A stretch of 64,000 bases of DNA, taken from the NCBI GenBank assembly GCA_946965045.2, contig OX337236.1, forward strand, positions 3,286,001-3,350,000, given 5' to 3'. The notes under the pieces are model-generated. The model was given only the letters and a program-made list of their open reading frames with translations, did no database searches and had not been told where the DNA came from. Shown in pieces: positions 46,754 to 59,805 of this stretch. The translations under genes and the position numbers were made by a program. The DNA comes from Epithemia pelagica. Taxonomy: Eukaryota > Protista > Bacillariophyta. Numbering within the stretch: position 1 is the first letter of the stretch; each line of letters begins with the position of its first letter.

Positions 46754-49354
46754 AATGTGCAACAAGTTGCACGGCCATGAGCTTGCCAACGATATCCTGA
46801 CCATTATACTCTCGTACAAAACAGGGATCGTGTCCATCTTAGTTACGTTGTGAATCATATAAGCTCTATATGACGATAACTATACAGGATAAAAGACATT
46901 ACTCTAAACTTTTTTCATAGAGCAACTCCTAGTATGGTTTGAAGTTACCACCTTGTATAGAAGATGATCGCACATGAATTTCCTTCTGATGCTATGGCGT
47001 TTGTGGCAGTCGAATCCATCCGCCATGATCAGCAATCGTGTTGTAGATAATGAGATGTAACAGCGTCCGCCATGACACTGCTGTCCTCTGCAAACCTACG
47101 GATATCGATCCAGCGATGAGACAGCGATGGGTAGGAGAGGAGCACAAAGAGGAGCACGACTCCGACATGGACAAAATGGGTGGATCGACATTTCCTTTCC
47201 AGCAGGAGGAGAAGGACGAGAGGGTGAAGCCATGTTGGCCCTGTTGTTGGCTTCTGCCGGTTCTTCGAGGACCGTGTAATGATTGAAAGCCATGGACGAC
47301 GATGCTCTGGAGTCTGAAGGGCAGGTTCACACGTGGAAGTCGACGAGGCTTCATTGACGAAGGCTATCTTGTTTTGGTTGGTTGGTTGGTTGGTTGGTGG
47401 AGAAGAACGGGTCATGTTTGCCTTCGCTATTGCCATGGATTGTGGTTGTCGTTTGTCTAGATGGTCCATGTTCCCTTTGTTGCGTCGTTGTGATGCTCGT
47501 GGATTGCCATGCGACCACTTTGCAAAACCCAATTTGGGGCCTAAACACGTTGCAGCATGGCCACGTAATCGCACCGTTGCACTTTTCGCTCTTCTCCTGC
47601 ATACAACATAAACTAGTCATACTGTGGTGTTTCATTGGTTCAAGTCAACAGTTTGAGCATAGTATTGGCCAACTCGGTATACCAAACGACATGATGCGCT
47701 TGAGAGTATTGGAAAGTTTGGCTGGTAGCTTCTAAGATGCATCCTTTTTCTCTCCACCTGCACTTTGAATCCGGATAGCATTGTGATTCTTGTGAGTGAA
47801 TCGGCTATTTCCAAAAGGCGTCTACCGAGGTCGACAACGCGTAAGGACACACAGTCGCCACGAAAGCTCCGGACTGTTGGACCATACGGAATAGCCAGTT
47901 CGAGACAGGAATCAAGAGAGTGCAAATCTCTGCAGTTTTCTTGTGCGACATGTTAGTTCTGAGTTGTTTGATATTGCCTCCCAATCGCGAACCACCTGTG
48001 ATCGTGATACTTTGATTTCCATCTTATATGCTTTGGTTGCTCGTGGCTGACGACACAGCATTGTTGGTGAAAGACACACCATCTGGTACCAACCAGAAGT
48101 TGGGGCCATGTTGCTGCAAGGCGGAAGAGGAACATGGTTCCATGTGGTGGTGGGAGTCATTGGTTCGGTGCAACAGTGCCACTTGCAAGTACCAGAGTGT
48201 TGGTGTGGATGTTGCCGGTTGCCAGTTGTTGTGGTTTGGGTGTTGAGACTTTGTCGTTGTATCTCAAATGGTCCTGCTACAATTGTCTGGTGGCTGGGCC
48301 ATCGTCGTCGTGCTAGTTGTTATGGTTGCTTGATGTAGCCAGGGAAGAGCTTGACTCGTGGTGGCCGTTGTAGGGAGGTGCCTTGTTGGTGTGGTTGTTC
48401 ATGTCTGGTGATTGGTGGAAGCAACATCCCCACTCGTTGTTCTACATTCCTGACATGTGCACCACGGCCAAATCGGACGTCAGGTCAGCGAGACGTTTTA
48501 CCTGGAACACGGCAAACTCAAAGGTTAAGTGATGATTGTCCGTCAGAACACCAAACCGCGCGGTGGAACCTGACCAATTCGACTACGCAATGTGAGATAT
48601 TGGCCATCTTGCTTCTTCTGGGCGATAAAGAGAGCGGCGTAGCATCCCAATTCCCGACTGTCGCAAGGTCTTGAGTGGCATTCAATCGTGCCACAATGTG
48701 GGACGTTGAGATTTTGTCATTGTCTCTTCAAGGTCCTGCTGCTATTGTCTTGAGGCAGAGCCGTAGTCGTCATCATCCTGCTAGTCATCATGGTTGCTTG
48801 ATGAAGCCAGGGAAGAGCTTGACTCATGATGGTCGTTGTAGGGAGGGGAGGTGCCTTGTTGGTGTGTGGTTATTGGTGGAAGCAACCTCACCACTCGTTG
48901 TTCTACCACAGCTGAGTGACCGTTGACCAAACTCGAGGCTTGTTCCAATCCTGTACATTCCTGACCCATCCGCAGATAGACCCGTCCACAATTGGATTTG
49001 TTCATTCCAAAGGCTGGTTTCTCTTAATTGTCGTGACAGAGGGGTCCTCATCTGGTTTGGCTGTGGGTCGTTTTGATGTAACATGTAACATGGCCTTCGG
49101 ATGAAACAATGCCTTTTGCCCAAATTCCTTATGCTACTAGTCAACGAGAAAGACATGAGGATGCTTCGACGCCTTGTTCTTTCGGATGTTGTCCATCGTT
49201 TGTTCAATGTGCGATATCGTACGTACGACAGACGCTATTTGGGCTCCAGAGCTTCCACGTGTATTCTAAGAGTCCTGATGCTTCTATTATATTCTCTCTC
49301 GCAACAGCCGCAAACGCACTCCACATAAATTCAGCGGTCAAAACGTTTCGAAGC

Positions 49355-50506
49355 ATGCCCACGACATTGAAAGAACAAGCATGGCAGTCGGGCCTTGTCC
49401 TGAAGAACGAGACAGCTGAATGGAATCAAAATCACTGGCCGCCTCTTGTGGGAGGAGCGCGAGAGTATCATACATCCGTCGTACTAAATCATCTCGATAC
49501 TGACAAAGATAGCAACAGCAAGAGACAAACGGTCGTCGTGTTGGGCGGATATCAAGCAGATCCAGGCAGTCTCGATTCCGTTCTGTTATTAAATCTGGCA
49601 GACCCAGACATGCAATGGCGAGAGGGTCCGCCCATGAACAAGAGTCGTGAAGGACATGCCGCTGTTGTGTGCAATGGCGGCATCTACGTGATTGGAGGAT
49701 TCAATATAGGATCTTTGGATTGCATGGAACGAATCGATGCCAAGGATATACTTCAATTATCTTTGACAACCAGCAGCACACACGAGATCCAATGGACGAC
49801 ATTGACATGTCGCTTATCAACGCAACGAAGAGGATGTTGTGCGGTTGCGGTTCACAACCGATACATCGTTGTAGTGGGTGGATGGGATGGAAGGCAAAGG
49901 TTGTCGTCAGTGGATATTATTGATACCAGGAACCACACCGTCACTGTGGGACCAAGCATGACTGTTCCACGACGATTTTGTACCAGCGCGTTTATTGGTC
50001 ACCGCATCTTTGTCGTTGGGGGCCAAAACGATGATGGCTATCTTGACTCGGTGGAGTATTTAGACCTTGCAAGGCCATGTGGCACTGAAAAGACAAAGGA
50101 GGACTCGGCTAATACATTCATCTCCTTCTCACCCACCTGGACCACTCATTCCGAGTTGCTTTCCATTGCACGAAGTTCTTGTGCAATGGTTGCCGTGGGA
50201 TCTTGTCTGGTGGTGGCGGGAGGATGGCGCAATTCAACCGTGGAAGTCTTGGATACGCACCGCAACCGCGTTTGGAATCTCCCACCATTTGGAAATCACC
50301 GCGATGGCTGCTCTATGGTGACTGTTGCCAATCAACTTGCCGTGATTGGTGGACGTCGGAATCCTTCATGTGCAACATTACCACTAATGGATCGGAATTC
50401 GTGGTGTTTTCGCCGTCTCTGTGAACAGCAACTTAGCGGGTGGCATCTTTTTCGGGAAGGAATGGACATTTCGTCCTTCTCCACCTCGACATCAAAATCT
50501 GAATGA
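49355..50506 (+). CDS. Kelch paralog K5, intact, 383 aa
   Basis: Six Kelch repeats, uninterrupted ORF from MPTTLKEQAW. Confidence 0.9.
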   Translation: MPTTLKEQAWQSGLVLKNETAEWNQNHWPPLVGGAREYHTSVVLNHLDTDKDSNSKRQTVVVLGGYQADPGSLDSVLLLNLADPDMQWREGPPMNKSREGHAAVVCNGGIYVIGGFNIGSLDCMERIDAKDILQLSLTTSSTHEIQWTTLTCRLSTQRRGCCAVAVHNRYIVVVGGWDGRQRLSSVDIIDTRNHTVTVGPSMTVPRRFCTSAFIGHRIFVVGGQNDDGYLDSVEYLDLARPCGTEKTKEDSANTFISFSPTWTTHSELLSIARSSCAMVAVGSCLVVAGGWRNSTVEVLDTHRNRVWNLPPFGNHRDGCSMVTVANQLAVIGGRRNPSCATLPLMDRNSWCFRRLCEQQLSGWHLFREGMDISSFSTSTSKSE

Positions 50507-53500
50507 ACAATGACCAGTATGTACTAAAAGGCAAGGATGAAAGTTGAAATGGGCAACATATTGCATTGATGTCCTGCAAAAGGGGATACATTATATAGTG
50601 TAATCTTTTTGTTCTGAAACTATTGCTCTAGTGTTTGCATGGCATTGCAAACTATTGAGATATTCATGTACCATCGGTGTAGTAGAAATTAAATTGTGTG
50701 ACACAGCGTACGGCAGGGAACGTGATTTCTCGAAACGACGAAAGCCATGGATTATCGAGCGCTTTGCTTTGTGTTGAGTGTTTCTGTCGTTGTGGCCTTT
50801 GTTTTGCCAGCCCCTTCGGATTATGCAAAAGAAAAATCCGCTATTTTGGCTGGACTCCAAACTTCTATAAGAGTCACTGTGACTGCATGAATGGAATTCG
50901 TTCTATTCTCTGACGGAGCGACGATAATCCCCGCATTTGCTTGGACTGTAAAAGGACGTCGGGATTTGCCATGTGTATGACTAAAGTCAAGAGCAATGAC
51001 AGGACAATCTTCGCACACCCCTTCAATCACGGTATGGGGATCCAAACGACCCACCCTCTCCACTTCATGTTCGTTCAATTCTTGTTCCAAATCTTTTGGA
51101 ATGAATCCCAAGTACCAATATTGACCTTCGCAAACTTGTGCAATCGAACTGGATACTGACTACTTGGCATTTGCTGAAGGTTCTTGGATATTACGTGTCT
51201 ACCAAGGACTGCACATGCCAGCAATAATGGAAATCGGAGACGATGCACGACGACGTTCCACAGAGATGCCTTGCACTGGTACCGACGGGAGGACAAACCT
51301 TTGTTGTCTAACCATCCAAGTTACATTTCAAGCAGTCGATGGTGACTCATCGTCAATCATTGGATTGAAGACGATTCGACAGAGGACGAGCCATGGGCAA
51401 AGATGCGGACAACATTGAGAAAAGAGAGATTTGTCGTTTCCCAATGAGAGAATGAGTCGAGGCCTCGTCTGCGGCCTGCTTGGCCATCGTCAACATCCGT
51501 TGTTGCAGTTGAAGCAAGGTAAGGTTGGTACAGCATGTCGATCGGCCGGTATACACCAACTCACCATTCCGACAAGAAAGGTTCCATCGCTTCGCGACTT
51601 CGCGAAGAAACCGATGCAGCACGGATTATATGGCGCACCCGATGAGACAACAATTGCATGGCTTGTCCATGACTCGTGAGAAACGTCTTGCACTGGTTCG
51701 CCAGGTTACGAGCCCAAATTGAGGTGCCCATCCATTGCCAGTGCCACGGCTCCAGAATTCAGAACGGCAACAGCACGTAGTAGCCACCATTGGGTGTCAA
51801 TGGCAAGAATGACTCGTCCCCATCGAGACTTGTCGTATCTCTTTGCGGATCTATGCTCTCAGTAGATTGGAGCGATTCGAACTTGTCCATGCAAACTCTC
51901 TCGCGAATGACTTGCGCTCTTCTTGATCTGTGACTTGAGTGCTCCACCTCCATTCGTTGTTTCAAGTTCGTCGTTCGTCCTCTCGTCATCGTCGTCGGTG
52001 TCCCCAGCGGGGGTGAGGAGTCGGGTCGCATGTGTGTCGTGCTTTTTTGGTGTTCGAACACCCATTCACTAATCCTCATGACTTACCCCCGCTGAGAGCT
52101 AATTCTGGAAGCGCACCCAAAAAGGCTGTACCTACAATCTTTTGGACAGTAGAAGATATTAGAAACGCTAGGAATGTTTCGTGGCGCCAACCGACACGAC
52201 GAATCACCATGATGTGAACGAGACGAAACAAATGTTGGTTCGCTCCTTTCCTGGGATGGTCCTGCAAACCCCAACCCATCACCACCAACGCAACAGACTC
52301 CAGCATATAATATAAAATGTCGTTCTAACAGCAATGGCCTCCTGAAAAGAACCCCTCAAGCCTCTCAAGTGCCACCAATGGCCGCTACTGTCGAATCCAA
52401 GCAGGGTGAATCAAGAAACTCCCTTTGTTATGAAATGTACCCGTTACAGGCAGCCTCAACCACACTCCCAGTGACGCAACAATATTCATGAAACAATTCT
52501 GCAGCAAGGACTCTTTTTCTCATTCACAAGATTCGTGGTGGTGATCGTCACGAAAACGTCATTTGGTCCCCAACGCCATGATGGCCAGGCCAACTTGGTT
52601 CGAACCCTTCATCATAGCCTTGTTGTTGGGGATTGGAAACAAGCCTTGGTTCCTGCTGGCAATAAGCAACGGGTCATTGTCCTGCAGAGTTGTGAGGATG
52701 GCCGAGGAGGAGCCACATGCTCGATCGGTGTACTGATAATTCCCAAGGGCGTTTGGCAAAGCTTGAGTAACGACAGAAAAGAGACGAGGGAATGGCGAAA
52801 ATGATGAGAGCAACAGTCGGGGCAGTAAGGATGACCACCAATAAGTGCGATAGGATCCATCATCCAGCACAGCACGAACAAAACGTCTCTGCAGAGAAGT
52901 CGACCGAAAACTACAGAAAAATCTCAAGATCAGTCTCGTCCGTTTGCGACAGAAGATCCTCCATAGAGTCCGCCCAAGGCGCAGACGTGACCTGTGCGAA
53001 ATGGTTGAGTCATTGTTTGATACTCTGAAACTACCAAGCGTTCCCTCCCGTTTGTCTTTTTACCAACAAGATTCTAACATCAAATCAGCAACCAGAAACG
53101 AACACGAGCGATCCACCAATCATGATGGAAGTGTATCCTCTGTTGGTTTCCAGGCCGAGGAAAAGTGTTCCGCAATGATTGAAATTCTTGTTTCGTGAAA
53201 TCCACTTCGCCATCCCGATGGTCCCTCTAGAAGAAGGGTAGTTGTGGTTATCCAAAGGAAAGGCTCAAAAAAGTGTACAATTGCAGAGAGATCCTCTAGT
53301 CATGAGATCTCACGAAGAACCTAGGGATGCAACACAGGGAAAGAAAATATGTGGTCATTTTCTCGCCATGAGGTTTATTTCGGTATCCAGAAACTTTTCC
53401 ACGATACTCCACAAAAGGATGCGTGGTCTTCTTCAATGGCCTTGGCCTTTTGTATTACTGGGGTTCTTCGCGAGAGGCACCACGACATACTGTACTACTA

Positions 53501-54590
53501 GGACGACGCATGGCGAAAATTGCAGGGCGACGAAACGGTCTGAGCCAGTACCACGACAACGACCGGCACCCGTCATGACCATCGACCTTCAGTAGTAGCA
53601 GGACGGAACAGCAACAGCCGCGAATCATCACACTGAACCACGAACGACGACTGACATGTGTACTGCCCAGTAGTTGAAGCAAGTTCCTTCCCAGACGACT
53701 CGCAACACTACCAATGTCTCCATCCACGGCCTGTGTGCAATGCCGTTGCTTTTCCGTCGACTCGGCATTCGTTGAGGGGAACCAACAACCGGACAGACTG
53801 GAGCCTTCATTGTATGGTTATTAGGATTGGGAAAGGCCAAACAAATCACGACCATACTGTACTCCCCTTACCAGTGCAAGTGACATCAGCAACAACCACA
53901 AAGCATCACCTTTATCGCTGTTATGCGCATCTTGTTGTGATTTTGATGTATGGAATTGCCAACCAGATCACGACAATACTCTACTCCACGGCCCATCGCA
54001 AGCGACATCAGCAACAACCACAAAATATCTGAACGAATCCACACCACCTTCATCACTTTTACGGGTACTCTCCGTTGACGCTTCAAGGTCTGCAGCAACT
54101 TGATTGTCCTGTTTTGTCACCTTTCTTCTTGTTTGGTACTAGAAGGACTCTTCTAGTCTCCACCAGTAAAAGGTTCCACTCGGTCCACCAAAGCAACATG
54201 GTCAACTTTTCTTGTTGGAATCCACCAACAAATTGTTGTTCTACTAGGACGACGCATCCCGAAAATTACCCGGCGACGAAATTGACCAGAGCTAGTAATA
54301 AAAGGATGGAACAGCAAGAGCAGTGCCAACAAACATGGCGTTTATTCCGGTATCCAATAAAACTTCTACGGTACTCCGAACAAGAATGAGTAATATTCTT
54401 CATTGCGTGGCTACGGTCACGATTTGTCTCGTGACAAAACTCCTACCCCTCTTTGGTCCATCCATTTCATGCAGTCAGTCGTGCTTCCAGTCCACACCCA
54501 TCATCATGACAGGAGCAAAGCAAACCAACGTGCCTCTTACAAGACAGTGTCTCGATCCTCATAAATTCTGGAGTTGAGACGTTTGGAACC

Positions 54591-55704
54591 ATGACCACAA
54601 CACTGAAAGAACAAGCATGGCAGTCAGGCCTTGTCCTGTTAAACGAGACACCAGAGTGGAATTTCGAGGACTGGCCTCCTCTTGTGGGAGGAGCGCGAGA
54701 GTATCATACATCCGTCGTACTAAATCATCTCGTTATCGTCATAGTTCCGTCGTACTGGATCATACCGATAACAACCAGGAACAAACCGTCGTCGTGTTGG
54801 GCGGATTTCAACAAGGCCAAGGCGTGCTTGATTCCGTTCTTGTATTAAACTTGGCAGAATCAAACAAGCAGTGGCGGGAAGGTCCACCCATGCACCAGAA
54901 ACGTTCTGGACATGCCGCTGTTGTTTGCAACGGAGCCATCTACGTGATGGGAGGAGACAATGGAGCACCTTTGGATTGTATGGAACAAAAATTGATGCCA
55001 ATTATTTTCTGCAATCATCTTTGACAACAACCACCACGCAGGACAGTCATTGGACGACATTGAATTGTCGCTTATCAACGCCACGATGGGGATGTGGTGC
55101 TGTTGCGGTTCACAATCGATATATTGTTGTATTGGGTGGACAAACCAGATTGCAAACCATGTCGTCGGTGGATATTATTGATACCAGCAATCACATAGTT
55201 ACTGCGGGACCGTCCATGAACATTCCTCGACGATTGTGTACCAGTGCGGTCATTGGTCACCGCATTTTTGTCGTTGGGGGGCATAAAGAGCATCGCCGTC
55301 TTGACACGGTGGAGTACTTGGACTGTGCAACACTCTGTGGCAATGATGAGACAAAAAAGGAGATTGGCTCGACATTCATTTCTTTCTCGTCCACCTGGAT
55401 CACTCATCCTGATTTGGTGCTTTCCAAACCTCGAGGTTGGTGTGGAATGGTTGCCGTGGGATCCTGTCTGGTGTTGGCGGGAGGACGTAGCCTTACCGTG
55501 GAAGTTTTGGATACGCTTCGCAACCGCGTTTGGAATCTCCGACCATCTGGTTATCCCTACGCTGGCTGCAGTATGGTGGCTGTTGCCAATCAAGTTGCCG
55601 TGATTGGTGGATTTCACACTACTTCCTGTGCAACATTCCCACTAATGGACAAGAATACATGCTGTTTTCGTCGACTCTGTGAGCAGAATCCCAGTGGATG
55701 GTAA
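54591..55704 (+). pseudogene. Kelch paralog K6, chimeric pseudogene
   Basis: Coding similarity spread over three frames: chimeric duplication at ~54731 and +2 A near 54987; stop at 55704 (probably premature). Confidence 0.88.
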
Positions 55705-56676
55705 CATTCTATGGAAGGAATGGGTATCTGAGATGCTGATATCTCACCCTTCTCCACCATGATATCAGGCCATAAACGAGCAAGGCCCAGAGTATGACAT
55801 TGCTAATAACTATCGAGATACCATGAACACCGCTTTACTAGTAGAAAATGAAATGTCACAGTGCCGTCTGGAATGACATAATAGCTGTCCCTCGCAAAAA
55901 AGGAGTGGTGCCAGGCTAATGGGTGCATACACAAAATGGTACCAGGCGTCTCTCCTGTTTAATGCGTGGAGTTATCTGGCTGTCGAAGATGATGGTTGTG
56001 CGCCTGAAACACTCTAGTCGGAACCATCAATACCAAACAACGCCAACATCTACAAACATGCCAGCGACAAGCGTGCTTCTTCTCGGCTGTTGTAAAGAAG
56101 GCAGAGCGACCCGTCGGACGATGGTCTTGGATCTCGCCATGCGTCAGTTTGTAGGCCCGGTCCTTCTATTATTACGAAATTTGTGAATTCTTTGGAATTT
56201 TCGCCTCGATATTTCCTCCAATACAGCAACTATACTTTTTCATCAGGTCAGCAATTTGCTTGCGTCGATACGGCAACCATTCTCTCCGTAGTGGCTCGTT
56301 GACAGTCCATGGTTATCGGTCCATGGGGATCCACAAGAACAATCGCAGTGTGCAAAGTTATGGCTTGCCCCTCAATGCCAGTTCCGCCGAAACTTTGTTG
56401 CACGATTGCAACACTGTCGAACAGCATTAGTGTTGGACATTGACCACTACAACGTTTGTGCCTCGTACAGCACCCACACAACCACGACCCGCGCCGATCA
56501 TGTCTTGGCTGTCGTCTAACAGCAGTGTTGGACCTCGATCACTACCACAGTTGAGTCTCGTACCGAACTCAGTAGTACCAACAACGAAAGTGTTGGACCT
56601 CGATCACTACCACAGTTGAGCCTCGTAGCGAACTCTGCAGTACTAACCACAAAACCACGACCACGAACGGCGTCGA

Positions 56677-57268
56677 TCATGTCTTGTCTTTGTCTAATCG
56701 AACTTGTTGTTGTTCTTCTTCTTGTTCGCTGGATTCTGGTTGGTTTTGCTGCCTTGTCGTTCCACACCAACATCCAGTTTGAATCTTTGTCTGTAGACTT
56801 GAAAGGGCGATGCGACCCTTTCCCATGATCAGTTCTTCACTACTCCAATCGGACGCATCAGGAGGGAGTTGAATAGCGTTCCATACTTCAATCCATAGTA
56901 CTGCGCTCCTCGTCACCGGCGCAACTACCTCCAATGGGGCGACTTTGTGATCGATTCAGCAGGTCCTCATGGTGTCATGTCGAGAAAGGGTCCACAATAA
57001 TTGGCGTCCAGACTGACATGCGATGCCACAACACAAAGAGATTGGCCTGGTCTTGTTGTTGATTCTCGTTCCACGAAAGACATGTGGATGAGGAAGCATA
57101 CCATCGTCCTAGTGCTCTTCTTTTTGTTGTTCTGTTTTTTGTTGCACTAGACCTCCTGTTGCGAATCGAAAGCCAAGGTACGATTTCTAGCTTGTTGCGA
57201 TGAAAGTTGTCATTGAGTATGTTCATCTGGTTAGAGTCTTCTTTAGAGTCTTTCTCCACGGGAGACAT
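56677..57268 (-). pseudogene. Decayed minus-strand gene fragment, possibly a C2 domain; also copied at ~63450-64000 and, with deletions, at ~26650-26950
   Basis: Fragments RTTKRRALGRWYASSSTCLSWNEN and SAVLWIEVWN...EELIMGKGRIALSSL resemble C2 motifs PxWNE and LxxEVWD...GxxxIxLxxL. Confidence 0.4.
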
Positions 57269-58641
57269 GAGAGCAAGTCACAGCAGAAAACGCTGCCAGA
57301 AGGCGCGGAAAAGGTCAATCTCCGAAACCAAATAAGACGGCGACGACGGCGACAGCGACGCATTGTGGTGCTTGCTGATGGTATCTTTTTGTCGTTCGTT
57401 TCAATGGATATTCCCCCAAATTGTGATGTGGAGTGTGGAGTCCCCCTCCCCCAAAGTCTGGAGTCCCTTCCAAATCTTGGTCGCGGAATGAGGACAGGAA
57501 TGGCTCGCAGGCGCGCCGACCGAGACAAACCCTGTCACTCTATCTCACAGGCGCGCCGACCGAGACGAGCAGTTCCACTCTTTCCTCTATTCGAAAAAGG
57601 AGAGGACAATTGACAATTGCTCTCGTCGCCAAGACGACCACTCTACAATAGAACCTACTGCCACACTCCATGGGAAACCATGGAATCGTTCGTTACGAGC
57701 AATTTATGAGACTCTGCCAGTGACGAGGCATGTACTTCTCTTCTTCCTTTTCTTGGTGAAAGACTACGAGCATCAAAGAGATTGTCGCAAGGAAAAAAGC
57801 CAACCATATAAAGGCGCTTCGAATGAAATGGAACAAGGGAGAACAACAACGACCATTCCACAAAAGCGGTGGCATCGAGGATGCAGAAACGTTGACGATG
57901 CGTCATTCCTCATCCACAAAACTCCCTCTGCAAGCTTGTCTGCCTCCCCAAGACCCCACATTGATGCTGGTGGTGTACAATCGTTGTTGGTGAGACTCTC
58001 TCGATCAACCAAGTGGTCCCTCCAGTTTGTCTTCTTCGCAACAAAATCCTAACGCTACATGAGCAACAAGAAAAGAAACCGAGCGATCCACCATGGACCA
58101 ATGCAAACAGGGTGATATCGAGTACTCTTCTGATTTACCGCATTCATCCTCAAAAAGATCAGCAATGATTGGTACATGGAATCTCGTGTTTCGTGTAAAC
58201 AACATCACCATCCCATGGGTCCCTTTGTAAGAAAAGTAATTATGGTTATTGAAAGCAGAGGCTCGACAAGTAGGATTGCAAAGAGATCCTCTTGTCATGA
58301 GCGCCCACGAAGAACGAAAAACCTATGGATATGAGAATGAACTGGATAGGAGCCATACATATCAGTGGTCGTCTGTCTCGCCATGAGGTTTATTTCGGTA
58401 TCCAAAAACTTTTATGGAACTCGAAACAAGAATGCGTGATCATCTTCATTGCGTGGCTACGGTCACGATTTGTCTCGTGACGAAAGCTCCTACCCTTCTT
58501 TGGTCCATCCATTTCGTCAATAAGTCAGTCGTGCTTCCAGTCCGCACCCATCAGAATCCCAGGAGGAAAGCAAAACCACTAACCACACACAATTCAGTGT
58601 CTAGATCCCCATAAATTCGTTGCAATTAATATTTTGGAGCA

Positions 58642-59805
58642 ATGAGCATGACACTAAAAGAACAAGCATGGTAGTCGGGCCTTTTCTTATCGAAAGAGAC
58701 AGCACAATGAAATGAAACCGATTGGCCTTCTCTCGAGGGTGGATGGCGTGACGAACATGCCTCGGTCGTACTTGATCATAACCATACGAACAATGACAAC
58801 AACAACAACAAGAGACAAACGGTCGTCGTGTTTGGCGGATATCAATCAGGTCATGGCAGTCTCGATTCCATTCTTGTATTGAACTTGGCAGCGCCGGACA
58901 AGCACTGGCGAGAAGGGCCATCAATGAACAAGAGTCGTCGAGGACATGCCGCTGTTGGGTGCAACGGAGGCGTCTACGTGATAGGAGGATACAATGGAAG
59001 ATTATATTTAGATTGTATCGAACGAATTGAGATAAAGAATTTGCTGCATTCACCTTTAACAACAAGCAACAAACGTGAGAGGCATTGGACGAGATTGACA
59101 TGTCGCTTATCAACGAGACGATCAGGATGTTGTGCTGTTGCGGTTCACAACCGATACATTGTTGTAATGGGTGGATGGGATGGAAGGCAAAGGTTGTCGT
59201 CAGTGGATATTATTGATACCAGGAACCACACCGTCACTGTGGGACCAAGCATGACTGTTCCACGACGATTTTGTACCAGCGCGGTTATTGGTCACCGCAT
59301 CTTTGTCGTTGGAAGCCGTGGTGAGCATGGCAATGTTGTCTTGGTGGAGTACTTGGACTATGCAACACCCTGGGACAATCATGAGACAAAGGAGCAAACT
59401 GGCTCGACATTCATTTCTTTCTCACCCACCTGGACCACTCATCCTGAGTTGGTGCTTTCCAATGCACGAAGTTCTTGTGCAGTGGTTGCCGTGGGATCTT
59501 GTTTGGTTGTGGCGGGAGGATGGGGTTCAACCGTAGAAGTCTTGGATATTCACCGCAACCGCGTATGGAATCTCCCACCACCATTCGTGAATCACCGCAA
59601 TGGCTGCAGTATGGTGGCTGTTGCAAATCAAGTTGCCGTGATTGGTGGATGGGAGAATCCTTCCTGTGCGACAGTACCACTAATGGATAGGAAGTCGTGG
59701 TGTTTTCGTCGACTCTGTGAGCAGCAGCCCAATCGATGGTATCATTCTTTTGAAGGTTTGGGTATCCGAGATGATGATATCTCACCCTTCTCCACATCGA
59801 CATGA
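58642..59805 (+). pseudogene. Kelch paralog K7, pseudogene (early nonsense codons)
   Basis: ATG at 58642; in-frame TAG at 58672 and TGA at 58708; remainder open. Confidence 0.88.

Noticed and set aside
47000-49100. Spacer between K4 and K5 with a ~110-bp direct repeat (~48310 and ~48780) and short ORFs
   Set aside because: No TIR, LTR, TSD or recognisable domain found
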